A stretch of 64,000 nucleotides of DNA from Bacteroidota bacterium (lineage in GTDB: Bacteria > Bacteroidota > Bacteroidia > B-17B0 > Aurantibacillaceae): the NCBI GenBank assembly GCA_021323535.1, contig JAJONO010000004.1:8094-72093 (forward strand). The letters run 5' to 3'. Below the pieces are notes generated by a model that made no database searches, was not told where the DNA came from, and saw only the letters and a list, made by a program, of their open reading frames with translations. Position 1 is the first letter of the stretch, and the number at the start of each line of letters is the position of its first letter. This document shows positions 63,887-64,000 of this stretch, one piece after another. The translations under genes were made by a program, and so were the position numbers.

Positions 63887-64000
63887 CTATTTAATACTAT
63901 CACGCATGGCTTTTACTTCGTCGTGCGCCTGCTGAAGTTCGCTGCGTTGTTTACGAAGAATATCCATTATTTCGGCAGGTAATGAATCTGAATGTTCCAT
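63887..64000 (-). CDS. Possible 3' end of a gene running in from the window edge
   Basis: Open frame from 64000 to TAG (63887-63889): MEHSDSLPAEIMDILRKQRSELQQAHDEVKAMRDSIK. It may extend beyond the window. Confidence 0.2.
   Translation of the reverse strand: MEHSDSLPAEIMDILRKQRSELQQAHDEVKAMRDSIK

Overview
This is a 64 kb chromosomal segment from a Bacteroidota-type genome. Supporting signs are T9SS type-A and type-B C-terminal sorting domains, TAnnTTTG -7 promoter boxes with little or no Shine-Dalgarno signal, and roughly 40% GC. Coding density is high, with about 57 supportable CDS. I found no rRNA, tRNA, CRISPR array, transposase or integrase. All functional calls come from reading motifs in the supplied translations; no database search was run.

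Housekeeping genes include an M13 peptidase (partial), PBP4, a dihydroorotase-like protein, an inositol monophosphatase, ansA, cystathionine beta-synthase, an S8 protease, mtaB, purB, parA/parB, ndh, fumarylacetoacetase, an enoyl-CoA hydratase, a class-III aminotransferase, a CNNM/TlyC protein and rplS.

The regions most worth a second look are:
1. A seven-gene lipid-tailoring cluster (7150-13846): desaturase, DUF1295, two CFA-synthase paralogues, FAD oxidoreductase, DUF1365 and an extra methyltransferase.
2. A tightly coupled eight-gene minus-strand operon (34281-42220). It joins three T9SS-exported proteins (arylsulfotransferase-like propeller, CBM-like protein, CotH kinase with a lamin-tail domain) to a VTC/TTM polyphosphate-polymerase-like protein, a DUF4956 membrane protein and an outer-membrane barrel.
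3. A signal-peptide-bearing WD40-caspase giant protein next to a secreted M48-like/TPR protease.
4. An Arch_ATPase-type AAA gene bracketed by a 33-nt repeat (31/33 identical), whose upstream copy forms a 20-bp-arm palindrome over the promoter.
5. A DUF3127 protein with an SSB-style disordered tail ending in DDLPF.
6. A dispersed family of intergenic word repeats with a shared TTTAACC(G/A)CA head.

Smaller observations are listed separately in the findings.
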